Shown here: piece after piece, positions 18,946-27,611 of the stretch | How the letters are laid out: every line of letters begins with the position of its first letter | Position numbering within the stretch: position 1 is the stretch's first letter | From: an uncultured Planctomycetaceae bacterium | Lineage (GTDB): Bacteria; Planctomycetota; Planctomycetia; Planctomycetales; Planctomycetaceae | Direction: 5' to 3' | Assembly: GCA_963976765.1 (NCBI GenBank) | Contig: CAXBME010000005.1 | Span: 124,001 to 188,000 of the forward strand | DNA length: 64,000 nt | The notes under the pieces: generated by a model | What the model was told of the DNA's origin: nothing | Databases searched by the model: none | Seen by the model: the letters and a program-made list of their open reading frames with translations, nothing else | Made by a program: the position numbers and the translations under genes

Positions 18946-19419
18946 GTGGCCGAAAAACCGCTTCTCAACGTCGTGCTTTACCAGCCGGACATTCCACAGA
19001 ACACTGGCAACATCGGTCGGACGTGCGTTGCGGTCGGGGCGAAGTTGTGGTTGATTCGACCGCTGGGATTTCGCCTGGACGAGAAACATCTGAGACGCGC
19101 CGGGATGGATTACTGGCAGCATCTCGACTGGGAAGCCGTCGACTCCTGGGAAGAGGTCCGGGAGCGGCTGCCGGATTCCAACGTCTGGTGCCTGACGAAG
19201 TTCGCGACGCGGCTCGTCTGGGAAGCCGACTTTCAAACTGGTGATATTCTGCTGTTCGGCAGCGAGTCTCGTGGCCTTCCAGACCGGATCCGGGAAGAGC
19301 AGCCCGGTCGCAACCTGAAACTTCCGATGAGCGATCTTGTCCGCAGCCTGAATCTGGCCAGCACAGCGAATACGGTCGTTTACGAAGCCGTACGGCAGTT
19401 CGGTGGGCTGCCGACATGA
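18946..19419 (+). CDS. trmL: tRNA (cytidine(34)-2'-O)-methyltransferase, SpoU family
   Basis: [37 protein letters not shown] and RSLNLA. GTG start inferred at 18946. Confidence 0.93.
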   Translation: MAEKPLLNVVLYQPDIPQNTGNIGRTCVAVGAKLWLIRPLGFRLDEKHLRRAGMDYWQHLDWEAVDSWEEVRERLPDSNVWCLTKFATRLVWEADFQTGDILLFGSESRGLPDRIREEQPGRNLKLPMSDLVRSLNLASTANTVVYEAVRQFGGLPT

Positions 19420-19527
19420 GCCCGCGGGTGACAGCTCGGCGTTTCCTTTCGATTCAGCCGTAATTTCGATAAAACGCGACGGTTCATAAATCGGAATAAC
19501 CAACAACACTCAAAGTTAAGAGCTGTC

Positions 19528-21447
19528 ATGAGCACCGAAACGTTTCCCATCGATTTGTCACAATTCAAAGCCCTGCCACTGGATCCGTCGAATCCGACGT
19601 TGACCGATGACCAGCGGGCGACTCTGCAGGCCAATATTCAGTTGTGCCGCGACGCGATTATTTTCTTCACCGCTGTCGCGGACGCCAAAGGTCTGGGAGG
19701 GCATACCGGCGGCCCTTACGACACCGTGCCGGAAACGATGATTGCCTACAGCTTTATGCTGAACGCTCAGGCAGGTGGCGCAGTGGATTGCGTGCCGGTC
19801 TTCTTCGATGAAGCCGGGCACCGAGTCGCGACTCAGTACCTGATGGCCGCCCTGGAGGGAAATCTTCCGGTCGAGAAACTGCTCCACTACCGCGAGTACC
19901 TCAGCCATCTGCCGGGGCATCCGGAACGCGATCACGAGCGGGGCATCAAGTTCTCATCAGGCCGACTTGGTCACATGTGGCCGTTCGTGAACGGCGTCGC
20001 AATTGCCAATCCGGACAAAGTGACGTTCATGCTGGGGTCTGATGGCTCGCAGATGGAAGGTAACGATGCAGAAGCTGCTCGTCTGTGTGTCGCTCAGAAT
20101 CTGAATGTCAAACTGATCATTGACGATAACGACGTCACGATCGCCGGCTTCCCGTCAGACTACCTGCCGGGTTACAGCGTCGCGAAAACGCTCGAAGGAC
20201 ACGGCATCACCTGCGACATCGGAGACGGAGAAGACATCGACGGGCTTTACGCCCGGATGTGCAAAGCCGTGACGACGCCAGGGCCGTACGCACTGATCAA
20301 CCGTCGAAAGATGTGTCCGGGCATTGATGGCCTGGAAGGTTCGAACCACGGTCACGACGTCATCAAAACGGCCACCGCCATTGACTACCTCGAAAAACGC
20401 GGTCGTGGTGAAGCGGTTGCCTTCCTGAAGAACGTCACCAAAGGACCAGGCGGACCGTCTTATCGAGGCTCGACAGGAGCCGGCAAGAACCGCTCTGCAT
20501 TTGGCACGATCGTCAACGGAATTCTCAGCGGCATGTCCGAAGAAGATCGTGTGAGAAAAGTCCGAGTATTCGACAGCGACCTGGAAGGCTCGTGCGGTCT
20601 GGACAGCATCCGTAAGGAATATCCTGAAGTCGTCGTTCGCGGCGGGATCATGGAACGCGGCAACTTCTCCGCAGCGGCCGGCTTCGGCTTTGAAGAAGGA
20701 CGGCAGGGTATTTTTGGAACGTTTTCAGCGTTCCTGGAAATGATCGTTTCCGAAGTCACGATGGCTCGGCTGAACAATGCCAACGTGCTTAGCCACTTCT
20801 CGCACGCCGGTTGCGACGATATGGCTGACAACACGTGCCACTTTGGCCTCAACAACATGTTCGCCGCAAACGGCCTGCCGGACGACGGCAAGGATCAGAC
20901 GCGGCTGTACTTCCCGATCGACCAGCACCAGTTCAAAGCCTGTCTGGAGCGGATCTTCAACGATCCAGGTCTGCGGTTCATCTTTTCAACCCGATCGGCA
21001 GTGCCGGACATTCTCGATGAGAACGACAAACCGTTTTACGGTGAAGGCTACGAATTCGTACCGGGCAAAGACGACATCATCCGAGAAGGGACGGCCGGCT
21101 ACATCGTCTCATTCGGCGAAACGCTGTATCGAGCTCTCGACGCCGTCATCCAGCTCAAAGAAGACGGTCTGGACGTTGGCCTGATCGGCAAGGCAACACT
21201 GAACGTCTACGACGAAGAAGTCATGCAGAAGCTGGCGGCCGCTCCGCTGGTTCTGGTGGCTGAATCCTTCAACGTATCGACTGGCCTGGGATCGAGATTC
21301 GGCAGCGAGCTGCTGAAGCGAGGCTTCAAAGGCTCGTTCTCACACATCGGCACGAACAAGGAAGGTTCCGGCGGATTGTGGCAGCAGATGGGCTACCAGG
21401 GGCTCGATTCAGCAGGAATTCAGGCAGCCGTGAAAGAACTTGCTTAA
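19528..21447 (+). CDS. Transketolase-like thiamine-diphosphate enzyme
   Basis: GHTGG, GH, LPGHPE, SSGRLGH, ThDP-like motif SDG..MEG...E...DDN, DSDLEGS, GIMER, GTFSAF and SHAG. Confidence 0.85.
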   Translation: MSTETFPIDLSQFKALPLDPSNPTLTDDQRATLQANIQLCRDAIIFFTAVADAKGLGGHTGGPYDTVPETMIAYSFMLNAQAGGAVDCVPVFFDEAGHRVATQYLMAALEGNLPVEKLLHYREYLSHLPGHPERDHERGIKFSSGRLGHMWPFVNGVAIANPDKVTFMLGSDGSQMEGNDAEAARLCVAQNLNVKLIIDDNDVTIAGFPSDYLPGYSVAKTLEGHGITCDIGDGEDIDGLYARMCKAVTTPGPYALINRRKMCPGIDGLEGSNHGHDVIKTATAIDYLEKRGRGEAVAFLKNVTKGPGGPSYRGSTGAGKNRSAFGTIVNGILSGMSEEDRVRKVRVFDSDLEGSCGLDSIRKEYPEVVVRGGIMERGNFSAAAGFGFEEGRQGIFGTFSAFLEMIVSEVTMARLNNANVLSHFSHAGCDDMADNTCHFGLNNMFAANGLPDDGKDQTRLYFPIDQHQFKACLERIFNDPGLRFIFSTRSAVPDILDENDKPFYGEGYEFVPGKDDIIREGTAGYIVSFGETLYRALDAVIQLKEDGLDVGLIGKATLNVYDEEVMQKLAAAPLVLVAESFNVSTGLGSRFGSELLKRGFKGSFSHIGTNKEGSGGLWQQMGYQGLDSAGIQAAVKELA

Positions 21448-21484
21448 GACTGGGCCGACGCGTCCTGCAGAAACTGACAATAAG

Positions 21485-21525
21485 AAAACGCCCGGTCGAG
21501 GAATTCTCGGCCGGGCGTTTTTGTT
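21485..21525. terminator. Bidirectional intrinsic terminator
   Basis: AAAACGCCCGGTCGAG-GAATT-CTCGGCCGGGCGTTTTTGTT between convergent genes. Confidence 0.85.
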
Positions 21526-21560
21526 GAGGTGCGGATGATTGTCTGTGGAGTCGCCGTTCC

Positions 21561-21830
21561 TCAGATCGGAGCCTGGAAGCCCATGGCCTGGAATCTAGCC
21601 AGCTCCATTGTGGTCGGTAGTCGCACGGCACAGATTTGATCGTAGGCCAGGATCACTTTCCGCGTGCCGAACTGGTCGGGCTTGTCCCGTTCGAGCAGCA
21701 GCAGGCCGCCGGAGATCATGAAGGCCTGAAACGGGATGGCCTCGCCGAACGATGTGACGACCATGCCTTTTCGCTCGATTGCGTCGGGCCAGCCTTCAAA
21801 TATGGCTTTCCAGGCGGCGGGCGTTTCCAT
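21561..21830 (-). CDS. Small hypothetical protein
   Basis: METPAAWKAIFEGWPDAIERKGMVVT...LLLERDKPDQFGTRKVIL; 89 aa and compact, ending at the terminator. Confidence 0.7.
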   Translation of the reverse strand: METPAAWKAIFEGWPDAIERKGMVVTSFGEAIPFQAFMISGGLLLLERDKPDQFGTRKVILAYDQICAVRLPTTMELARFQAMGFQAPI

Positions 21831-21893
21831 TCTTCGGCTCCTGAGGTCTGATGATCTGGCGAGTATGACTTCTACGAGATTCCGTCGGCGCAC

Positions 21894-21927
21894 AAAAAAT
21901 GCCCGAGCCTTGATGAGCTCGAGCATT
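21894..21927 (-). terminator. Intrinsic terminator downstream of tRNA-Glu
   Basis: Minus strand reads ATGCTCGAGC-TCATCAAG-GCTCGGGCAT-TTTTT. Confidence 0.75.
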
Positions 21928-21933
21928 TCGAGA

Positions 21934-22006
21934 TGACCCCAACGGGATTTGAACCCGTGTTGCTGGCGTGAAAAGCCAGAGTCCTAGGCCACTAGACGAT
22001 GGGGCC
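21934..22006 (-). tRNA. tRNA-Glu (anticodon TTC)
   Basis: GGCCCCATCGTCTAGTGGCCTAGGACTCTGGCT-TTC-ACGCCAGCAACACGGGTTCAAATCCCGTTGGGGTCA folds as a cloverleaf. CCA is not encoded. Confidence 0.97.
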
Positions 22007-22022
22007 GGCCAGTAGGCTGCGT

Positions 22023-22050
22023 ACATTACTTTTCGACTCAGAGCTGTCAA
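22023..22050 (-). promoter_or_regulatory. Putative sigma70-type promoter of tRNA-Glu
   Basis: TTGACA-16 nt-TAATGT, 16 nt upstream of the tRNA. Confidence 0.55.
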
Positions 22051-22104
22051 CGCTCCAGAGAAACTCTTACCGAAAATCCTGGACTCTACTGATTCGGGGG
22101 CCGG

Positions 22105-22302
22105 TCATTCCGACCGTTCGGGAGTTTCCTGTTGCTCCAGAGCCTTGACAATTGCTTCGTGAATTTCCTCACGATGGATAGGAACGTCGCGAGGGGCGTC
22201 AATTCCGATCCGCACGCGGTCGCCGCGGACATCGACGATCGTGATGACGATCGACTCGTTGATAACAATCTTCTCGTTCTTTTTTCGTGACAGAACCAAC
22301 AT
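22105..22302 (-). CDS. csrA: Carbon storage regulator
   Basis: [14 protein letters not shown]...[18 protein letters not shown], with a GGAGG SD upstream. Confidence 0.96.
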   Translation of the reverse strand: MLVLSRKKNEKIVINESIVITIVDVRGDRVRIGIDAPRDVPIHREEIHEAIVKALEQQETPERSE

Positions 22303-22387
22303 GGCTGTCTCCTCCAGGCAACTCGCGTATCTTTCAGCCTGTCAGAGGCTTACGAAAGGGTGCTCGCGGCCAGCGAATTTCGTGCCT

Positions 22388-22416
22388 AAACTACCCCGGC
22401 TTTTTGATAACGTCAA
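22388..22416 (-). promoter_or_regulatory. Putative sigma70-type promoter of csrA
   Basis: TTGACG-17 nt-TAGTTT. Confidence 0.5.
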
Positions 22417-22532
22417 GCGCCGGTTTGAAAAGAGCTCGTTTCACTACGAATCCCAAACCCTGACAGCTTGAAGAGTTCGTAAGTTCGAGATCGTTTTGCT
22501 CAGTCCAGCATTTCCAGCCAGCCCGGTCACTT

Positions 22533-24464
22533 ATGAAGAATCTGCGACGTCTCGCTCTGAGTAGAATCCGCAACGATTCGACACTCAGCCGGCAACATCG
22601 GACAGCCTGCGGCGGCTGGAAGAGGCAGATTCTGCGAGCATCAGTGTCGTACGCGGTCCTGCCGATCTCAGCGATTCTGATCGGCGCACTGGTTGCCTGC
22701 CTTGGTGCTGCAATGGGTTCTGCAAACCTGACAGCAGAATATCAGCTTGTCAGCACAGTCGTCTCCACAGTGATTTCGGCTGCTCACATCGGTTGGGTGC
22801 TGCGTGAACTAATCGGATCTCGCAGCCTGGCCGTCGCCAGTGTGATACCTGATCCTGACCGCAGCTACGCAGCTGGCCGTCTCGTTAGTTCATTGAAGAA
22901 AACGCTCGTGTTTCTGGTAGGAGCGTTGTTGCTCGGCGGTGGGATGGCTTTCGGAGCCGAATTGAATCTCGTCGAGACAGTGCAGGTTGTGCTGCTTTCG
23001 ATTCTGTTGTGGGCGATGGTCGCTTCGCTGTCGGTTTTTGTGCCAGCCTGTTTGCCCGTCTTCGCGCGACCGGCAATGACTGGGGTTATCACAGGAAGCG
23101 CGACGCTGGTCGTATTCACAGGGGCGATGCTGGCTTCTTTCGGTGTGGTTCGTCAGGAAGTCCTCGTCCATACGGCCTTAGTCTCGCTTCCGACTGGCTG
23201 GCCGATTCTGATGATCAAGTACGGGGTGATTCTCAAGCAGCCGGAATACTGGCTGTTGTTGATCCCGGCGGGCGGCGTTGTGCTCCTCGCGGTGTATTCC
23301 TGGTTCCGGCTGCTGGCGAGGTATCGGATTCAGGAGTTTTCTTACGAAGCTGGTTCCCTGGCGATCGCCGAATTTCGATCGGTCAGTGAGCGCGCAGTCG
23401 CTGTCGAACATGTTCGAACACTGTGGCCAGAAACAGGTTTTGAAAACGGTTCCGAGCGGACACAACCAGCTGACACCTCAAGCTGGTTGAAAGATGTCAA
23501 TCGTCGGTTCAGACGCTGGCTGAAGTTCCCCGAGTCTGACGTTGCCTCCGAAGACCTGCCGCGCGAACAGGTCATCGCTCGAATTCGCGAAAGCGGTTTC
23601 ACGAAAAAATTCGCGTGGTCTGAGGCCGGTTTCGTCGAACGGGCGACGGCAAAGATTCTGCGCGACGACGAGTTGCTGTCCGCCGAGATCCTGTCGTGTG
23701 CCGAGCCGAAATGGAGCGTCGCACTGACCCGGTCGCTTGTTCCGGCGTCGGCTGCGGTAATGCTCGTCGTTGTGGCGGCATTGGTCATTGATCGAAAGAT
23801 CGCCGTGATCAGCGGCCACGTCGGCCTGGGCGGCCTGATCGGAGTGTTTGCCGGCAGCCGCATGGCTGTGCAGTGGAGATCAGGCAGCGGAGAATTCTGT
23901 TCGTCTCTGGCCTTGTTGCCGATTGACGCGAAACATGTTTCAAGAGTGCTGATGACACTCGGCGCGATTCGAAGTGTGCTGATCTTTCCGCTGGCGGTTG
24001 GCGTCGTCATGGCCATTACGTGGGGCCACAGCGGGAGAGTCGAAGTGCTGAACTCGGCGGTCTTCGGTGCAAAAGCAGCTCTGATTCTCTTCATGATCCA
24101 CCAGTGGTGGTTCCTGATCATGCAACCGTGCTCTCATTCAAGGTCTGTGCTGATGACGGCTTGCGACCTTATCGCCGCTCTGACGGTTGTTGGCGGTGCG
24201 ATTGCCGGAGTTTGTCTGCTGTTGATGTCTGGCCTGTCCGAATTCTGGTCGGCTGCTGGCGCGGGGCTATTATTCAGTTCGGGCTGGATCGCACAGAAAA
24301 TTCAGCGACGACGGGTGCAGCATTCACCCACGGATTTCGTTGTTCAAATGCAGACTCAGGCAGCGACCGCCCAACGTCAGCAGCGGCAGAGGAGCCATTC
24401 TTCTCAAGTGCCGATCTTCTGGCCGCGACCGGTCGGTAGCCAGATCACCGAGGTGGAGCTGTGA
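22533..24464 (+). CDS. Hypothetical polytopic membrane protein
   Basis: 643-aa ORF with two blocks of roughly 5-6 hydrophobic helices. Its stop overlaps the tilS start (GTGA). Confidence 0.7.
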   Translation: MKNLRRLALSRIRNDSTLSRQHRTACGGWKRQILRASVSYAVLPISAILIGALVACLGAAMGSANLTAEYQLVSTVVSTVISAAHIGWVLRELIGSRSLAVASVIPDPDRSYAAGRLVSSLKKTLVFLVGALLLGGGMAFGAELNLVETVQVVLLSILLWAMVASLSVFVPACLPVFARPAMTGVITGSATLVVFTGAMLASFGVVRQEVLVHTALVSLPTGWPILMIKYGVILKQPEYWLLLIPAGGVVLLAVYSWFRLLARYRIQEFSYEAGSLAIAEFRSVSERAVAVEHVRTLWPETGFENGSERTQPADTSSWLKDVNRRFRRWLKFPESDVASEDLPREQVIARIRESGFTKKFAWSEAGFVERATAKILRDDELLSAEILSCAEPKWSVALTRSLVPASAAVMLVVVAALVIDRKIAVISGHVGLGGLIGVFAGSRMAVQWRSGSGEFCSSLALLPIDAKHVSRVLMTLGAIRSVLIFPLAVGVVMAITWGHSGRVEVLNSAVFGAKAALILFMIHQWWFLIMQPCSHSRSVLMTACDLIAALTVVGGAIAGVCLLLMSGLSEFWSAAGAGLLFSSGWIAQKIQRRRVQHSPTDFVVQMQTQAATAQRQQRQRSHSSQVPIFWPRPVGSQITEVEL

Positions 24465-25519
24465 GTTCGCGCGAACCACAATCTCAGCTGCTGGCGATGC
24501 TGAAAGCCGGACTGCAGCGATGCGAATTTCAGGGTGACAGGATTCTTGTCGGAGTTTCGGGCGGTGCTGACAGTGTCGCTCTGCTGCGAGGACTGGCCCG
24601 GCTCAGCAAGTCCGGTGCAGCAGGAAGTCAAACCACGACCGATCGCTTCGAAATCGTCGCGGCACATATCGATCACCAGATTCGAGACGACTCGAAGGAT
24701 GACGCAAAGTGGGTGCGATCGCTCGCCGCCGAGTTGAACCTGGAGTGTCGAATCGAAACTGCCGATGTGCTGGCCCGAGTCGCGGAAACTCAGGAATCGA
24801 TCGAAGAAGCCGCTCGAAAAGCACGGTATGAAGCGCTGTCCAGGATCGCTCAGGAAGAGGCGTGTTCGGCGGTCGCCGTTGCCCACACGGCGGACGATCA
24901 GGCAGAGACCGTACTTCACCATCTCGTTCGAGGAACCAGCGTCACGGGTTTGAGAGGGATGCTCTGGAATCGCCCATTGAATGACGGTTTGGACGAATTC
25001 GGCGTGAAACTGATTCGACCTATGCTGGAGATTCGCCGAGCGGAACTCGAAGCCTGGCTCGCTGAGATTGGGCAGCCTTTTCGGACAGACTCGACGAACG
25101 ATGACGACACGTTGACGCGGAACCGGATCAGGCATCAACTGTTGCCGACGCTCGAGCAGGAATTCAATCCACAGATTCGAAAAGTTCTGGGCACGCTGGC
25201 AGGACACGCGACCGAGGTCAGTGATCTGCTCAGTGACCTCGCGCGGCAACTCATTGAGGGCTCGTTGGTTCAAACTTCGGAAAGCTCGATCAGGATTTCC
25301 TGCACTGCCCTGAAAAAACAGCCACCGATACTGGTCAGAGAAACTCTACTGGCAATCTGGAGACAGGCAGGCTGGCCTTTGAAGCGAATGGGGCATCGGG
25401 AGTGGCACAAACTCGAGGAACTCGTCTCGAAACACGGCACTGGGTCGGTTTCTCTACCTGAACAGATCGACGCTCGGAGACGCGGTCAGTTGCTGATACT
25501 CACTCGCCGTTCGGAATGA
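24461..25519 (+). CDS. tilS: tRNA(Ile)-lysidine synthase
   Basis: VSGGADSVALL, HIDHQIR, EEAARKARY, AHTADDQAETVL, RP, D.TN and RNRIRHQLLP. Confidence 0.95.
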   Translation: MSSREPQSQLLAMLKAGLQRCEFQGDRILVGVSGGADSVALLRGLARLSKSGAAGSQTTTDRFEIVAAHIDHQIRDDSKDDAKWVRSLAAELNLECRIETADVLARVAETQESIEEAARKARYEALSRIAQEEACSAVAVAHTADDQAETVLHHLVRGTSVTGLRGMLWNRPLNDGLDEFGVKLIRPMLEIRRAELEAWLAEIGQPFRTDSTNDDDTLTRNRIRHQLLPTLEQEFNPQIRKVLGTLAGHATEVSDLLSDLARQLIEGSLVQTSESSIRISCTALKKQPPILVRETLLAIWRQAGWPLKRMGHREWHKLEELVSKHGTGSVSLPEQIDARRRGQLLILTRRSE

Positions 25520-25622
25520 CGGCCCGACCGAATTTCGTGGTGACTGTCTGACGATCAATGTCGTTCAGCGGTGGTCGCTTCATGTCGCCGTTTGAAAGAT
25601 GGAACCTCGTTCCTAAAGATTC

Positions 25623-25685
25623 AACCACGGAACTGCACGGAAAGATGGATCTTGTCTTCCGTGTTTCTCCGTTCCTTTCGTGGTT
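25623..25685. repeat. Short palindromic element with internal CACGGAA sub-repeats
   Basis: AACCACGGAACTGCACGGAAAGAT...TCTTCCGTGTTTCTCCGTTCCTTTCGTGGTT. Confidence 0.7.
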
Positions 25686-25723
25686 AATTCCATTGGTTGG
25701 CTTCGTCAGGCTACGCCACATTC

Positions 25724-26095
25724 ATGAATGAGCCGAGCCCTGAAAAAGAGATTAAAGAAATGTCCATCGACGGAAATCTGTTTGAGTCGTTGCCGAAAAA
25801 ACTTCCGACAGAACTGATCGAGAATCTCGTTGAGAACGATGGAATGCGGCTCGAACGGATCGTTTCGACCGGTCACGTCACACCGGCAGGCGAATGGTAC
25901 GACCAGGATTCGGACGAGTGGGTGGTGCTGCTGACCGGTGCCGCTCGGCTCCTGTTCGAGGCTCCGGGAGAAATTGTGACGCTGAGGCCCGGCGATCATT
26001 TGAAAATTTCAGCCCACCGAAAACACCGCGTAGAGTGGACAGATCCAGACGAACCCACCGTCTGGTTGGCTTTGCATTTTCACATCCCGTATTGA
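25724..26095 (+). CDS. Cupin domain protein
   Basis: GNLF, RLERIVSTGH.TP...WYDQ..DEWVVLL.G.A and L.PGD.L.I.AH.KHRVEWT. Confidence 0.88.
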   Translation: MNEPSPEKEIKEMSIDGNLFESLPKKLPTELIENLVENDGMRLERIVSTGHVTPAGEWYDQDSDEWVVLLTGAARLLFEAPGEIVTLRPGDHLKISAHRKHRVEWTDPDEPTVWLALHFHIPY

Positions 26096-26356
26096 CGCCG
26101 TTTTTTCGATCCCATATTGGTTCCGCCCCTTCCTGCTGGAATTGCAGGCTCAGAGTTCGTTTGTCGTCACATCTGCACGGCAAAAGAACATCCCTTCCTT
26201 TCCTGAATCTGAGCGTTGCGGCTTCGGCAATCCAATCCCTTCACACCTCTTTCGATTCTCTCAAGCTTCAGTCGACCTGTCTGGATTGCTTCGGCGTCCT
26301 TCTGGTTGTCGGTTCGCGCGAGATTGAAAGACGGCTCAACGGACTTCTCGCATTTC

Positions 26357-27544
26357 ATGGACGAACACCGACAGAGGACGCCAGGGCTCGTTGCGTCTGA
26401 ACGGTCTCGCTCTTCGCGCGATTCTCGTTCGCCGGACGCCGAACTTCGGCGCCAAGTACGCTCCATCCATTGGTTGATTCTCGCAGCGATTTCGCTGTTG
26501 AGCGTCGGCTGCGCATCAATGAACGATAATCATTATTACGCTGGCCACATTCCCGGAGGGTACAACGCACCTCCGAATACGAACCCGCAGTCGATCGACT
26601 TTGCTCAGCTCAGCGGCACCGCGACCGACAGCGACGTCATCGCTAAGGGGGACGTGGTGAATGTCGAAATCGCCGCCAGCGTGAGTGCCAAAGACATCTT
26701 CAGTTACTCCGTGCGAGTTCGTGACGATGGGCACGCCGACCTGCCATTGATCGGGCCCGTTCGCATGGCAGGACTCAGTCTGGCCGACGCCGATGCAACG
26801 TTGACCCAGGTTTGTGTCTCCCGAAACCTTTACCGGGCACCGAAAGTCAACGTCACGATTCGCAAACGAAAAACGAATCGGATCCTCGTTGTCGGTGGGG
26901 TGAAGGATCCTGGTGTGAAAGAAATTCCCGTCGCGGAAAGCGACCTGCTTTCGATCCTGTTCTATGCAGGCGGACTGGCCGACGACGCAGGCGCCAACAT
27001 CGAAATCCGGAACGTCCTGAGCCGTGAAGAAACGATGAATGAAGCCATCGCTGCCGATGGAACTCGCGGAGGCATTACTCAAACGGGCTACTCGTCATCC
27101 GGCTACGTCCCTCGGTCCGTGAAGATCGATCTGGTCTCGGCGGCTCAGTCGGGAGCGAACGATTATTTTGTTGGTGACCGGGGAGTCGTCGTCGTCGAGA
27201 AATCCGAACCGAAAGCCGTCACGGTCACAGGGCTGGTCAGAAGGCCTGGCCGTGTTGAGTTTCCCAAGGGCGAAGACTTGAGACTGCTCGATGCCATTTC
27301 ACTGTCGGGATACACGTCGTCCCAGGTGGCGAACAAGGTGTTCATCATTCGTCAGCCGACTCCCGAAGCAAAGTCAATCGTGATCGAAGCCAATCTTTCG
27401 AAGGCAAGTCACGACCCAAGACACAACGTCCGTCTGGCTCATGGCGACATCGTGAAGGTTGAACACACGTTTGCAACGATGTTGATGGAAGCCGCGCAGC
27501 TCATCCGAGTCGGCGTCTCCGGCAGCCTGAACCCGCTGTTCTGA
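26357..27544 (+). CDS. Polysaccharide export lipoprotein (Wza/SLBB family)
   Basis: Lipobox LSVGC, I..GD.V.V, VRDDG..DLPLIGPV and SLBB repeats V.G.V..PG. Start is uncertain. Confidence 0.85.
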   Translation: MDEHRQRTPGLVASERSRSSRDSRSPDAELRRQVRSIHWLILAAISLLSVGCASMNDNHYYAGHIPGGYNAPPNTNPQSIDFAQLSGTATDSDVIAKGDVVNVEIAASVSAKDIFSYSVRVRDDGHADLPLIGPVRMAGLSLADADATLTQVCVSRNLYRAPKVNVTIRKRKTNRILVVGGVKDPGVKEIPVAESDLLSILFYAGGLADDAGANIEIRNVLSREETMNEAIAADGTRGGITQTGYSSSGYVPRSVKIDLVSAAQSGANDYFVGDRGVVVVEKSEPKAVTVTGLVRRPGRVEFPKGEDLRLLDAISLSGYTSSQVANKVFIIRQPTPEAKSIVIEANLSKASHDPRHNVRLAHGDIVKVEHTFATMLMEAAQLIRVGVSGSLNPLF

Positions 27545-27611
27545 AAATCCTGACCACTTCGTTTCAAATCGAATTCCGCGTGGCCCACATCCACCAGAAG
27601 AGACACCATTC

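Noticed and set aside
21934..22006. tRNA as integration site of an island or prophage
   Set aside because: The tRNA is followed directly by its terminator. I saw no integrase and no duplicated tRNA 3' end in the window.
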